A stretch of 64,000 nucleotides of DNA from Eledone cirrhosa. Lineage: Eukaryota. Shown here piece after piece: positions 27,213 through 41,241 of the stretch (positions are counted from its first letter, which is position 1; every line of letters starts with the position of its first letter). The stretch covers positions 45,136,001 through 45,200,000 of the forward strand of contig OZ024745.1 of NCBI GenBank assembly GCA_964016885.1, read 5' to 3'. The translations under genes were made by a program, and so were the position numbers. The notes under the pieces are model-generated. The model ran no database searches, was not told the origin of the DNA, and saw only the letters and a list, made by a program, of their open reading frames with translations.

Positions 27213-27431
27213 AATATATGAACAATCGTCTGGTTGTGGAACCAACCAACCAACCGGAAATTTATAAATTTAATTTATAATAAATTGAAGTGAAAGCAAC
27301 TGGTGCGTGTGTTTCTTTTTGGCAACATGACCCTCCCAAAGCATAACAATATCGGTTTCAACACACGTTTTCAGATAAAGAATCTTGCTAAACAAATTCA
27401 TAAACGAAATATATATATATATATATATATA

Positions 27432-30077
27432 TAATTGTTTCTACTTAGGCACAAGGCCAGCAATAAACCAGTACATTACTGGTACTTTATATATATATAA
27501 TATATATATAATATATATATATAGTACCACTGTTTACTCTTAGCAGTCTAGTTCAATGTTTCAATCTAACTAGACCTCTATATTTTATGTTGAAATTGTC
27601 AAGGAGAGCTTGGATAGTAATATAATGTAATGAGTAACACCAAAATCTATTTATCATTTCACCAAACATGCTCTTCTCAAATATTTCACTGCACTCTTAA
27701 ATAGGCAGACAGATAGGTAGATATGTAGATACCTACATAGTATGTAACTATCTATGTTTCCAGATGTCTGTCTTTTTGTCTATCTGTCTCTTTATACATA
27801 TTCACACACAAACATATATACACACATAATGCATAAATAATTGTTTCTACTTTTGGCACAAGGCCAGCAATTATCCCACTGTATTACTGGTACTTTATTT
27901 TATCGACCCCGTAAGGATGAAAGGCAAAGTTAACCTCGGCAGGATTTGAACTCAGTCAGTAAAGGGACGTAACTGTGCTGTAAAGCATGGCATCCTACCC
28001 TCTACCGATAGTGCCAATCAACCGCCCTCACATAATGCATAAATAATTGATTCTACTTTTGGCACAAGGCCAGCAATTACTCAGTACATTACTGGTACTT
28101 TATTTTATCGACCCCGTAAAGATGAAAGGCAAAGTTAACCTCGACGGGATTTGAACTCATAAATAATGATTATAAATTTAGTAATAAGGCCAGCAATTTG
28201 TGGGATGAGAAAAACCGCTTATACCGACCCTAGTAATTTTACTTGTTTTGTTGACCTTGAGAGGACGCAAGGCAATGTTGACCTAAGCAGGATTTGAATT
28301 CAGAATATAAAGGACTGGGGCAAATGTATCAAAGCATTTGTCTGACCCTGTAATCACTCTCCTAATCTCCCGCCCTAACGTTATGCATATGTAATACATA
28401 CATACTTAACATATATTACATACATCATACATGCATACATGTGAGCGTATATGGTTTTAAACAATTTTTTTCTTCCATATTTTACAATTCTTATCAATTT
28501 CGCCTTAACACACATATATAACACCAACATCATACATGCATACATACATGTGAGCGCATGTGTCTTTAATGCAATTATCTCTTCCATATTTTACAATCTA
28601 TATCAACTTTCCATTGGTCATTTATGTTGACACCACCAGGACGTTATTTTTTGTTTTATTGGTTATACTAGTTATATTTTGATTTTGTTTATTTATTTGC
28701 TGGGTTTGGTCTTAACGAAAACATATAACAACCACATGTTGCTGTTGCAAATTTATTATTATAAAAGACTTCCTGTTCTAGCTTTCTCCAATAGATGTTA
28801 CCAAATTCTTCCACAGAGAGGAAGACTTTCATTTTGTTCATATTTCTCTACACGTCTCTCCTTTCACACTAACATAATTGTCTCTTCGAAAAAAAAAAAA
28901 AAAAAAAATATCGTCCGTCTATCATGCTATTCACATCTCTTGGAAAAGAAGAAGAAATTAATGTATTTGAAAAAATGATAAAACTTTAATGTGAAAATTA
29001 TGTAATTATTTCGGTTGACATCTGTAGGTTTTAATTTAAAATCTTTCTCACTTCTTTTCAAAGAAAAGGACATTCTCAAAAAGCGAAGAGAATATTTCTC
29101 ATCGTTTCATTTAAAGTTTAATAGTAATTATTTATATCTTTCTTGAGGGTTGTTAGAGCGTCGGACCAAACACTTTCCGTTATTTAGTTACGGCCCTTTA
29201 TGTTCTGAGTTCAATTCCCTCCGTGGTAAACATTGCCTTTTCCTCTTTCTGCGGTCGATAAATTAAAGTACCAGTTAAGTAGAGGTTGATTTATTTAACT
29301 CCCCTTCCTCTCAAATTGCTGGTCTTGTACTTTATTTTCCTCACCCTCGAAATGTTGATGGTGATGATCATTATTCATGCACCCTTCTACACTTCAACTC
29401 TTACCGTTGCAATAGCTTGAATGATCTGCTTCTCCTCTTAATCTTCACTTCCTCTTTCTCCTTTTCTTCGTCTTTTTTATGCGTCCCTCTCCTTGAATCT
29501 CTTATTACATTTAATATCGACAGCTTCTCCAATGTTTTCAACGATGTCAAGAAGAGTTTTAGATTTAGATATATTTATGTGTACATACAATTGGAGGGAT
29601 GAACGGCAAAGTTGACCTCAGCGGGTTTTGAGCTCCGATGTAAAGAATCCTAACTAAATGCCACGATTCATTCGGTCCGACATTCTGACGTTTGTGACAA
29701 TACTGCGCCTTCTCACGCCAACCCACCAATAATGATTAATGATGATGGCGGTGGTTGTGGCGATGGTGTTAGATGTGATGAAAACACGGATCAACAATGA
29801 TGATACTGAATATATTGCCACTGCTAACTACACCAGTAATAATGATAATGAAAGAAATAATTGTTTCTACTTTTGGCACAAGGCCAGCAAAAAACTACTA
29901 TGAAATGATGAGAGATAATCTTTTTACTTAATTTCTTGACATTATTCAATGATATTTTCAAATTATTAAGGCATCTCAAAATTAACAAAGGCCAGCAATT
30001 AAACCAGTGCATTACTGGTACTTTATTTTATCGACCCCGTAAGGATGAAAGGCAAAGTTAACCTCGGCGGAATTTGA
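27432..30077. mobile_element. Cluster of major-family SINE copies/fragments (27432-27490, 27836-28030, 28043-28162, 28165-28375, 29148-29330, 29595-29710, 29856-30077)
   Basis: Same SINE core motifs, mostly minus strand. Confidence 0.8.
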
Positions 30078-30309
30078 TAGTGTTAATAAATAATGCACTA
30101 TGTTAACGATTTGTGTTAAAGATACACACTATATTCATGTAAGAAGCTCAGCAATTTGAATATGTAGAAAACATTTCAATTTTCTGATGCACATAACAGA
30201 AATATCTAAAACTGATTCTGCAAAAAAAGAAAAAAAAAAGAATAGTAATTTAATATTTTGCTGTTCAACATACATGGATTAGATATTTTTACTATTACTT
30301 CCTCTAAAA

Positions 30310-30635
30310 TTGTTGTTGTTAAACCTTTGTCAGTTGCAACAACAAGTGTTCCAATTGTTCGAAAAACAGAACAGCCTGCTTTTGAAATTAACGTGCAAGT
30401 GGCTGAACATTCGACAGACACGTGTGCTCTTAACGTATTTCCCAGAGATATTCAGCATGACACATGGTGTGGTAAAGCTAGCCCTTTCAATTACAGGTAT
30501 AACTCATTTTTTGCCAGCAACGTGAAATAATGTCTCTTGCTCTAGGACACAACGCGCTACCGGGATTCGGAAGTTCGACTATGCCAGAGTGAACCAAACA
30601 CCTTACACCTTAACCACTAAGCCACACACCTTCAT
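30310..30635 (-). mobile_element. SINE of second family
   Basis: TAACCACTAAGCCAC head in reverse; body matches 10570-10740. Confidence 0.55.
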
Positions 30636-31540
30636 CCCCACTGAAACAACCATGAACCTAATAAATGAAATAGAATGAATAAAAATGAAACACAAGAACT
30701 ATATAACCCCCTCCCTCTGAAACAAACAAACAAACAAATAAAAAACAACAAAAACCACATGCAATCCATTCCCTAATTCCAATAATAAAATCTATTTCTT
30801 TACCTGCCAACGAAGTTATGCTTCAATTAACCAGTACAAACGTATCTCTGCATATATACTCTATTATCTATTGTCTCCTTACCCCGCTCTCTCTTTGTTG
30901 GCAAGATTCATTCTCGAATACTAGTTGTTTTAATAATTCATTATAGATAGTTTCTCTCACAACACCCAACACCCACATTTATTTAGTTCGGATGTTAATC
31001 AATAAATACATCTAGCCCTATATTTTGTATAGATTCGTTCTTCCTCATTTTTCATCTCTGCAATAGTCTGCTCCTAATTTGTTATATTTGGGAAAATATA
31101 ACAAATCAAATTTGAGGAGAAACTTATGAATTTTCTTTTCTTATTGGTTTAGAGAAATTGATAGAAGTTAATACACTCCGAAATATATTCGAAAGGTTAC
31201 AAATTAGAATGGGCCGATATGAGGCTAGACGTCTAAAGAAAATGTGTGTGCATTATTTGGAGTAAACTTGGTATGCATTGCATACAAGTTTATATATATA
31301 CATGTATCGACTCGTTGCTGAGTAAGGTCACCTTTTGTACACCCTTCATGTTTCTTTATTATATATATGTGGTGTCTTTCTGTCATGGACTATAAAGGTG
31401 GCCTTTAAGCCTTTTGCTGATCTGCAGGTGATATTGAAGATCATATATGGTACCACTATTCATATTAAAAAAAAAAATTATATTCGTTTGTGACATTTTA
31501 AGATGTATTGGCATACCAGAATTTAAGCGACAGATTTCAA

Positions 31541-31575
<35 letters not shown>

Positions 31576-31583
31576 CATTTCTG

Positions 31584-32030
31584 AATTAAATAGAAAATAT
31601 GAGTGGAACAGCAACATCACAACTTACAATTAAGGACAAAATGAAAACACACACACACATAGAACAAACAACCAACCAGTAACATGTAAATAAACAAATA
31701 AATAAATGAACATAAACACACACAGACACCCGGATGTGGCGTATGCGCAGACTGAGCACACAACACACACACACAGAAACAAAATGGCGTAGGACAGAAC
31801 AAAGGAGAGGCACAGAAACAAAGAAAGGAATCCCCAGTCACTGAAGAGGTCACAGAGTGTGTGACGAAAGAACTATGACAATATATAAACAACTATCTGG
31901 TTGTGGAACCAACCAACCAACCAACCAGAAATTTATAAATTTATTATAAATTTATTCTAATAAATTGAAGTGAAAGCAACTGGTGCGTGTGTTTCTTATT
32001 GGCAACATGACCCTCCCAAAGTATAACAAT
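31584..32030 (+). mobile_element. Solo pLTR of the same PLE family, with HHR at 31837-31879 (CUA site)
   Basis: Colinear with 26923-27350, diverged; TA tracts on both sides. Confidence 0.9.
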
Positions 32031-32046
32031 ATATATATATATATAC

Positions 32047-32856
<810 letters not shown>

Positions 32857-33499
32857 GCAATACTCTTGTTAGATTAAAGAGAGTTACAGTATTGTTTACT
32901 AATAATCATAATCCCATGTTATACTTACTATGATAAATCAGTTTAATTAACTGATTCAGTACTGATAAGTATCAGTAAAATAACAGGATATTATGTAAGC
33001 CCCAAGAGGAGGTAAAGCGCTAGAGAAACCAAATGAGAGATATATTGTAGTATCTAGTTCCGGGTCATACCCAACACTGAGTGTGTTAAACAGCAGCATC
33101 AATTACTTTAATTAAGATAGTGGGAAGGGTTGTCAGCAATCGTGAAGGTATAATTGCGATTTTCCTGTGAAACATTGTCGCGTGCTCGGTTAAATGTTTA
33201 CACAACGATCATTTTCATTTGACTCGACCACAGCGGTTACAAAATAAATTGTCCCAATGAATTATATAATAAATTCACTCCAAACAGTATAATTCATCAT
33301 CATATACATTTAGCTCTTTCAGGAGTATACATTTCATGTGAAGTCATTTGCACGCGCGGATGACGGTAGCTTCTCGTGATTTGTATACAGCATATTATAC
33401 TACAGATATTTCAAAACACCCACCCACATGTGTATGTATGTATGTATGTATGTATGTATGTATGTATGTATGTATGTATGTATGTATGTATGTATGTTA

Positions 33500-34592
33500 T
33501 GTCAGGTCACCAGTTGGTGCTACTGGTAACATGTATCCCAGTACAACCTGTCCCATGGTCGGGTCGTTGGCGACTAAACTGGCAACCCCACCAAGGTTTC
33601 TTGGTGAGGAGGGTGACTTTGGACATCCTGCAGGACTAAAAACAAAACCTGTCAAAGAGCAAAGGAGCTCTTAAGAGTCAATGGCCATCCAAAATCACCG
33701 GGAGAGATGACCCCTTAGCCTTTGTCAAGGCAGAATTCTAGGAGAAGGAAAACTCTGATATAACACCTGCAACCCTGATGGCATCCAATGATGTTGACTT
33801 ATTCTTCTTTTTGGTAAATATCATCTTGGTTAAGAGAGTGGGACTGGCTTTGTGCAGTGCCTTTGCTCACTATAAAAGCTTCACGGCACAGGCATTGCTT
33901 TATATCTGGAGATCTCTCTGCACTTGTCGTCACATGGTACCATGGGCCCAGCACTATGTGTCAATAATTGTCACAAGTGTAGTGTTTGTACCAGAGTTTT
34001 CAAGTCATTGGCTGGACTAAAAAGTCACACTCGTTCAGCCCATCGGTAGGGGTTCTCCTACATGGATATAAAGTAGTGGCCGTACTCGAAAACGAGTTGG
34101 CAGCCACCATGTATGTATGTATGTATGTATGTATGTTTGTATGTATGTATGTATGTATGTATGTATGTATGTATGTATGTATTTGTAGAGATGACCCCTT
34201 AGCCTTTGTCAAGGCAGAATTCTAGGAGAAGGAAAACTCTGATCTAACACCTGCAAGCCTGATGGTATCCAATGATGTTGACTTGTCCTTTTTGGTAAAT
34301 ATCATCTTGGTTAAGAGATTGGGACTAGCTTTCTGCAGTGCTTTTGCTCACTATAAAAGCTTCACGGCACAGGCATTGCTTTATATCTGGAGATCTCTCT
34401 GCACTTGTCATCACATTGTACCATGGGCCTAGCACTATGTGTCAATAATTGTCACAAGTGTAGTGTTTGTACCAGAGATTTCAAGTCGCTGGCTGGACTA
34501 AAAAGTCACACTCGTTCAGCGCATCGGTAGGGGTTCTCCTACATGGATATAAAGTAGTGGCCGTACTCGAAAACGAGTTGGCAGCCACCATG
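33500..34592 (+). mobile_element. ~610-bp non-coding retro-like element with RTE-5'UTR-like motif and (TATG)n tail, plus 5'-truncated second copy (34187-34592)
   Basis: CTAGGAGAAGGAAAACTCTGAT motif recalled from RTE 5' UTRs; both copies end ...GGCAGCCACC + ATGT repeat. Confidence 0.55.
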
Positions 34593-34597
34593 TATTT

Positions 34598-34643
<46 letters not shown>

Positions 34644-34761
34644 GTATGTATGTATTCGTGAGTGAATAACAATAATATTATAATATTAATATTCGGTTTG
34701 TTTGCAAACAAACAGCCTCACGAAGAGATGTGGGTTTTCTAGATAACCACGCCATCCTTTT

Positions 34762-34800
<39 letters not shown>

Positions 34801-34844
34801 AATACACACACACACATATATATATATATCATCATCATTTCATC

Positions 34845-35177
34845 ATCATTTCATTTTACGTCCGCTTTTCCCTGCTTGCAAGGGTGGGACGGGAACTGAT
34901 TCTGGCTTGATTTCTACAGCTGGATGCCCTTCCTAACACCAACCTCATTTACAGTGAGTGCTGGGTGCTTTTTAGCCGTGGCACCTCCACGACCACTTTG
35001 CAGTGGAATGATAGGGACCCCAGTCCCTATCATCTCATTTCTACAGCTGAGTAAACTGGAGCAATGTGAAATAAAGTGTCTTGCTCAAGGAAACAACACA
35101 TCACCCAGTCTGAGAATTGAACTCACAACCTTTCGATTGCAAGCCCAATGCTCTAACCACTAAGCCATGTGCCTCCA
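34845..35177 (-). mobile_element. tRNA-headed SINE
   Basis: Reverse of GGAGGCACATGGCTTAGTGGTTAGAGCATT...GTGAGTTCAATTC...TCCTTGAGCAAGACACTT. Confidence 0.75.
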
Positions 35178-35194
35178 TATATATATATATATAA

Positions 35195-35550
35195 TCATGC
35201 CAGCCCTTACCCATGATCATGAATTTAGAGTAATGAACGAAAGAATACAATCGTGAATACAAGCGGGTGAAATGGGGCTCCTCTGAAGAGTCTTTCATAT
35301 AACGTTCCTAGAAAGAGCTCCGATACTACGTGCATGTAGTAAGAATGTCTCAGGAAGGAATCGCTGGACAGATTTTACAGGCAAAAACAACTGACAGGAG
35401 ACCCATGGTAGACCCAAGGCAAGATGGTTGGATAAAATCCATGACCACGGATGGTCACATTTGCTTCTGACAAGACCCGTTAGAAGGCGTGCTTCAAGCC
35501 TCTGTCCTTACAACCCTTTCAGGAATAAGGGGACACAAAAGAAGTGAAGA
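35195..35550 (+). mobile_element. RTE-clade LINE 3' fragment
   Basis: Decayed ..ERI.S.IQAGEMG.L and RMSQE.IAGQILQAK..GRPR.RWLD; related copy at 49100-49335. Confidence 0.75.
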
Positions 35551-35797
35551 TATATATATATATATAAATTACTTCAACAGGACTAGAACTGTTTCGTTCG
35601 TATGAAACATCTTGATTTAGTAGATGTAGAACTCATTTCCTTTCTACATATATAATAAAGATGTCTATACTCTAAAAATGTATTGAGTACATTTTTTAAC
35701 TGTGGTTACGCCCGACACAACTCGGGATTCTTCACACACACGTATTTATATATATCATTTAAATATATTTTCTATCTATCCTCTATCAATACACATA

Positions 35798-35828
<31 letters not shown>

Positions 35829-35857
35829 TAAATATATTGTATATACAATATATATTC

Positions 35858-35896
<39 letters not shown>

Positions 35897-35904
35897 AAAT
35901 ACGA

Positions 35905-35951
<47 letters not shown>

Positions 35952-35997
35952 TATAATATATACATTTTCTATATATACATATATATATATAATGTAT

Positions 35998-36068
<71 letters not shown>

Positions 36069-36389
36069 CTTAAACTTCTGTTAGCATTTAATAGTCATTG
36101 AATCATAAATATCAAAGATCTTATCAATGGAGGTTGGATTGCATTGAAATCCGGAACTTAGAATCACGAGATCTGAAATACATCGGCACATGACAGCCAC
36201 TTGAGGTGTGGAAGCATTTCGATCTTTGGGATATACGCTTGTTAAATGAAATTTGATCGGCAGACAACTTCTACCTAACTATGATCCATATTACAAAGAA
36301 TTACAATAGAACACGCATACTCTAACTGACAGGGACACTCACACATCCGCTTGGTGCGTGTAGGAGTATCTATATATGCACGAGCATAT

Positions 36390-36420
<31 letters not shown>

Positions 36421-36429
36421 CATATATAT

Positions 36430-36505
<76 letters not shown>

Positions 36506-36510
36506 GTATA

Positions 36511-37172
36511 TATCCCATTGCAGAAACTAATTAGTTGGAGTGAAAATTTAAGTAAGAAAAAAATTTTTTTTAAAATTTTTTTTAAAAAAATATTTTCTTA
36601 TTTTACGTCCTTTATATTATTGTTCTGCATTCTCCTGCATTGAACCACCTAGGTACTATGACATAACCTGTGTATTTGCTGGCATGGGCGTGCATCTGTG
36701 CGCTTATGTTAGTTGATATATTAAATTATCTATATTTATCTCCAAATCACTGATTTGTCGAGCAAACTTGTCAAAACCACTTCTAAAAAAATTTTTTTTG
36801 GGGTGTTAGTAGGCGTCAGTCATCTTACCATCCCATTCCTTCTAACTAGCCTCTGTGTCACGTGATTGATTCTTTAGAATCGGCCATTTGACTTGAAGCA
36901 GTGAGAATTTCGGTACATAGAATTCAGTCCTCGCAAGCTGTTCGATCTACCGAATTATTATTATTTTTATATGAGCCGCCAGTGTCCGCGCATTGCCTGG
37001 AGACTTAACTGAGAATAGACTTCCTGATGACGCAATGAATTCTCGACAGTTGGATTACATAACTGTCTTTATCCCATTGCAGAAACTAATTAGTTGGAGT
37101 GAAAATTTAAGTAAGAAAAAAATTTTTTTTAAAATTTTTTTTAAAAAAATATTTTCTTATTTTACGTCCTTT
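36511..37172 (+). mobile_element. Retrozyme-like non-coding element, 559-bp unit + ~100-bp terminal direct repeat, in (TA)n
   Basis: 36511-36613 repeated at 37070-37172; homologous to 51013-51707; contains HHR. Confidence 0.8.
37019..37100 (+). ncRNA. Type I hammerhead ribozyme
   Basis: Stem I ACTTC/GGAGT, CTGATGA, stem II GCAATG/CATTGC, GAAA, palindromic stem III CTAATTAG, GUU site. Confidence 0.8.
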
Positions 37173-37206
37173 ATATATATATATATGTATATGTATATAT
37201 ATATAC

Positions 37207-37237
<31 letters not shown>

Positions 37238-37568
37238 CATATATATGTATATATGTATTTATATATATACATATATATATATACATATATATGTATATAT
37301 ATATTGTTATACTTATATATATACATATATATATATACATATATATATATACTTATATATATACATATATATATATATACATATATATACATATATGTGT
37401 ATATATATTTATATATGTATATATATGTATATATATATGTATATATATATATATATGTATGTGTATATATATTTATATATATATATACATACATATATAT
37501 ATATAATATATACATACATATATATATATATACATATATACATATATAAATATATATACATATATATG

Positions 37569-37611
<43 letters not shown>

Positions 37612-37624
37612 ATATTTATGTATA

Positions 37625-37658
<34 letters not shown>

Positions 37659-37700
37659 CATATATATGTATATATATTTATATATGTATATATGTATATA

Positions 37701-37733
<33 letters not shown>

Positions 37734-37734
37734 G

Positions 37735-37782
<48 letters not shown>

Positions 37783-37804
37783 AATATATATATATATATA
37801 TATG

Positions 37805-37877
<73 letters not shown>

Positions 37878-38734
37878 ATTCTCAGCTTTGACATAATTAC
37901 CCTATCGTTTAATAAAACAAATTATGACTTTGTTCTGACATTTGAAAGTAATTCCTTTCCTATTTGGTGGATGTGGGTGTTTGTTGGAGGGGATGGTGTA
38001 GTAGAAACTAAAATAGCATTGTTGAATGTTGCTGTGTGGTCTGCGGTTTAATATGATCTTCTCAATAATGCTTCTCGTCATTTCTTTTCTTTTTTTTTGC
38101 GGCAGCTTCGGCAACTGTTTAAATATTTTCGAATAGTATCAGAAACTGGAGTTAGAACAAAGTATAAACGTGCGAACTTGGATGATGTGTACAATAACCA
38201 TTACACGATGGAGGATGTGGTCGTGATTCATATATGCGTCATATTCGGATCAATAAACTAACAAAAACATTAAAAAAAAACCAAACACCCATGGTTTTAT
38301 TGAGAGCATGTTTTGCTTCCCTAAGCAAAAACAATATATACTTTCTGCCATTCTTAAAAGTCTTCATCATATTTACTAATGTGTTAAATAAAAAAAAAAA
38401 GTATTATAATCGACTCTAGCAATCAGTAGACATGTCATAATTTGATACGGTGGCTGGATATTCGGGTTGATACAATTGAATGATCACATAGAAAGCAACC
38501 GTAGTGACAGGGAGATTTATATGTGAAACAACTCATAGATCTAAATTTCTAACGTTAATTTTCATTCTGAACTGTTGAAACGTTTCTCTAACCGTAAGAA
38601 GTGTTCTTCGTTTAAGGTGGTAGCTATTAAATTGTAGCTGTTAATTGTCTAATTCAAGAGCACAAGGTTTGTCACAAAAGTATGCGTACTGATGTTTTAT
38701 TTGAATGTATATTAGATGTGTATGGAATTCAGGT

Positions 38735-38880
38735 TATCTCTTTCAAAATACGACCTTGGGAAGTCTCACAGTGGTTCCAATGTTTTTTTCATTGATCGTA
38801 GCAATATCGGTTACAATTTTTTTGTATGTTTTCCACAGTCTCACAATGATGACCATTCAACTTCGATTTCGACTTATAGA
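38735..38880 (-). pseudogene. Mariner transposase C-terminal relic
   Basis: Minus strand KSKLNGHHCETVENIQK ... HW..SQG.YFERD*. Confidence 0.5.
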
Positions 38881-39758
38881 AGAGCTAGAAATCACACAGA
38901 GATAGATCTGGGCTGTTGGGAGGGCGTGGTAGAGTAGGAATGTTTTTCTAGGCCAGAAATTCTCTAATTGAAAGAGCTGTGTGAGCAGATAAGCGGCCAC
39001 ATGTTGGTTGCGATTAGAACGTAAAACGACAATACCCTACATATATATTCTGGCTCCTTGTTTTCTGCGTTCAAATCTCGTCGCGGTCAACTTTGTCTTT
39101 CATTCATCCGTATCGCAAAATATAGTACGTGGATCAGTTGAATGTATGTCTGGACTTCGTAATCATTAGATCCTGTCTGCTACAGGCACTAATTAGTGGT
39201 GTTAAACCGGGAGACGGATTAAGTCTAACACTCAAGCGGTATACACTTAGAACGCAGAAAGCAGAAAGTAGGAAGAAATACCGTAGAGAATCTGGTGCTC
39301 TTATAGTTCCGTCTCTCCATTGCCTTCGACTGGTATTTTATTTTACCGAAACTGTAATGATAAATTACAAAGTTGACCTCAACGGTGTTTGAACTAAGGC
39401 GTGCTGAGTCAGAACAAATACCGCTCTGCATTTTATCCTAAACTGCCAATCGTCTTAATTACACAGAAATTAACGAAATTATATAGATATGGCTTATCTA
39501 TTAGATTTATAATATTGTTCATAGTACTTTCTTTCACACAGTAAAATACACAGGATAGTCAAAAGTTAATGTCAATAGCTTCCACGTACTTGTTTTCGTC
39601 CCCCAACAGTGAAGACTTTCAGGCTATCCTGTAGAATCTGAATATGTAGTGACATTAAAAACAACAAGAAATACAATAAAAACTTCAAATTTTGTATATT
39701 TTAATGTCAATATCTAACATAATTATTGCTCAAAAATGGTTGCTTCCCAAATATCACA

Positions 39759-39796
<38 letters not shown>

Positions 39797-39840
39797 CATG
39801 TATACATATATACATACACATTTATACACACACACACAAT

Positions 39841-39938
<98 letters not shown>

Positions 39939-39952
39939 GTTACTAATAAAAA

Positions 39953-40038
39953 GAGTTGAAATTAATGTATGCAAGATTTAACACCTCTAGCACCACTCCT
40001 TCATAGTCAGCCTATGAACTTTTCAGCTCAGCCTCGTA
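39953..40038. mobile_element. Mariner-type terminal fragment
   Basis: CATAGTCAGCCTATGAACTTTTCAGC..CCTCGTA end shared with the MITE at 58911-59111. Confidence 0.6.
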
Positions 40039-41156
40039 CTTTAATACTAATGCCATTCTAAGCAACAATTAGAAGAAATTTAATTCATTCTTTCATGAAA
40101 AACCTCATTCACATTCTAGCCACCGTACTAAGACTTATTTCTAACTCTTCCATGTTTTAAGCTGTTTTTCTTCAGCATTTGCCAATTGTACTCTACTCAA
40201 ATGTAATCTCATCTAAACTCTCTATTTCTCGCTACTATTACTTTTTCTCAACAAACCACACGCCAAACATTACACACGATCTCTCATTTCGTGAACTCCT
40301 TTCCTCCCTTTTACTCTAAAATACAGACACTTTAAATTCTTGAAAGTCCATATTAACTGTACAGTCTGACCCCCAAATAAATATTTGTTAATTCTATTCT
40401 AAATTTATAACTAAAAATAATACATTACGATGAATAATTAGATTTTCAATCTCAGAAAAAAAAAACAACTGCAAAGAATCACGTCCTGTACACTTGGCTA
40501 ATCTGTTTGAAAATATTATTTATTGATTGAAGCTATTACTCTGAAGACAGTCACGCTGACCATCTGATGATGCCAGGAACATCATTGGCTATTCACCGTA
40601 TCAGTAATCATCTGTCACATACTGGATGAGTAATTACTAAAATCAGGTATAAATGAATATTCCAAAGATAATTTTCTGGCACATATAGGTATCATGGGGA
40701 TGTCTGCTTCACCTTATTGTTTCCATAGTTACCTGATAATGTACTTCATATACTGCCAGACACTGTGTTCAGTCAACGTGAAATCACGCTTGGCTGAAAT
40801 CGATATACTGCATTAAAATGTCCAGATGTAGAAACAACCTCTTTCCCGCTCTGATGACCGCAAGACCAGTCATTTTTATATTTAGCAAATGAATATATAC
40901 TTAGGTAGATGCACTATCGAATGAAAAACCATATCGTGAATGGGTTAGCACATCCACTGCAACTTCCTCCCGTGCATTGAGTACACTTAGCCGACATCTT
41001 TAGCATAATAGCTTTAATACAATTTCTGTATACTAATCGAATGGAATATATGTGCTTGTGAATGGAACTTAAATCTCTGTGCATCAGCGTCTCCATCACT
41101 GTAAGCAATCCTTTATATGTTAATATATAGCTATCTAAATATATATATATATATAT

Positions 41157-41241
<85 letters not shown>

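Larger units (their letters stand above)
22861..27410 (+). mobile_element. Penelope-like retroelement (C-terminal GIY-YIG, Neptune/Nematis-like), near full length, decayed, inserted in (TA)n
   Basis: Inverted pLTR 22861-~23180, partial direct pLTR ~23210-23367, broken ORF ~23408-26973, 3' pLTR ~26935-27410; TA tracts on both sides. Confidence 0.93.

Noticed and set aside
33500-33590. HDV-like ribozyme at the element's 5' end
   Set aside because: CUAA and a P2-like pairing are present, but P1, P3/L3 and P1.1 could not be arranged in canonical order.
36993-38051. 352-aa Ile/Tyr-rich ORF and similar YI/HT/CV ORFs throughout
   Set aside because: Translations of (TA)n and (CA)n microsatellites.
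40541-40600. CTGAAGA and CTGATGA motifs (also ~40851 and ~44923)
   Set aside because: No correctly placed GAAA, stem III or stem I.
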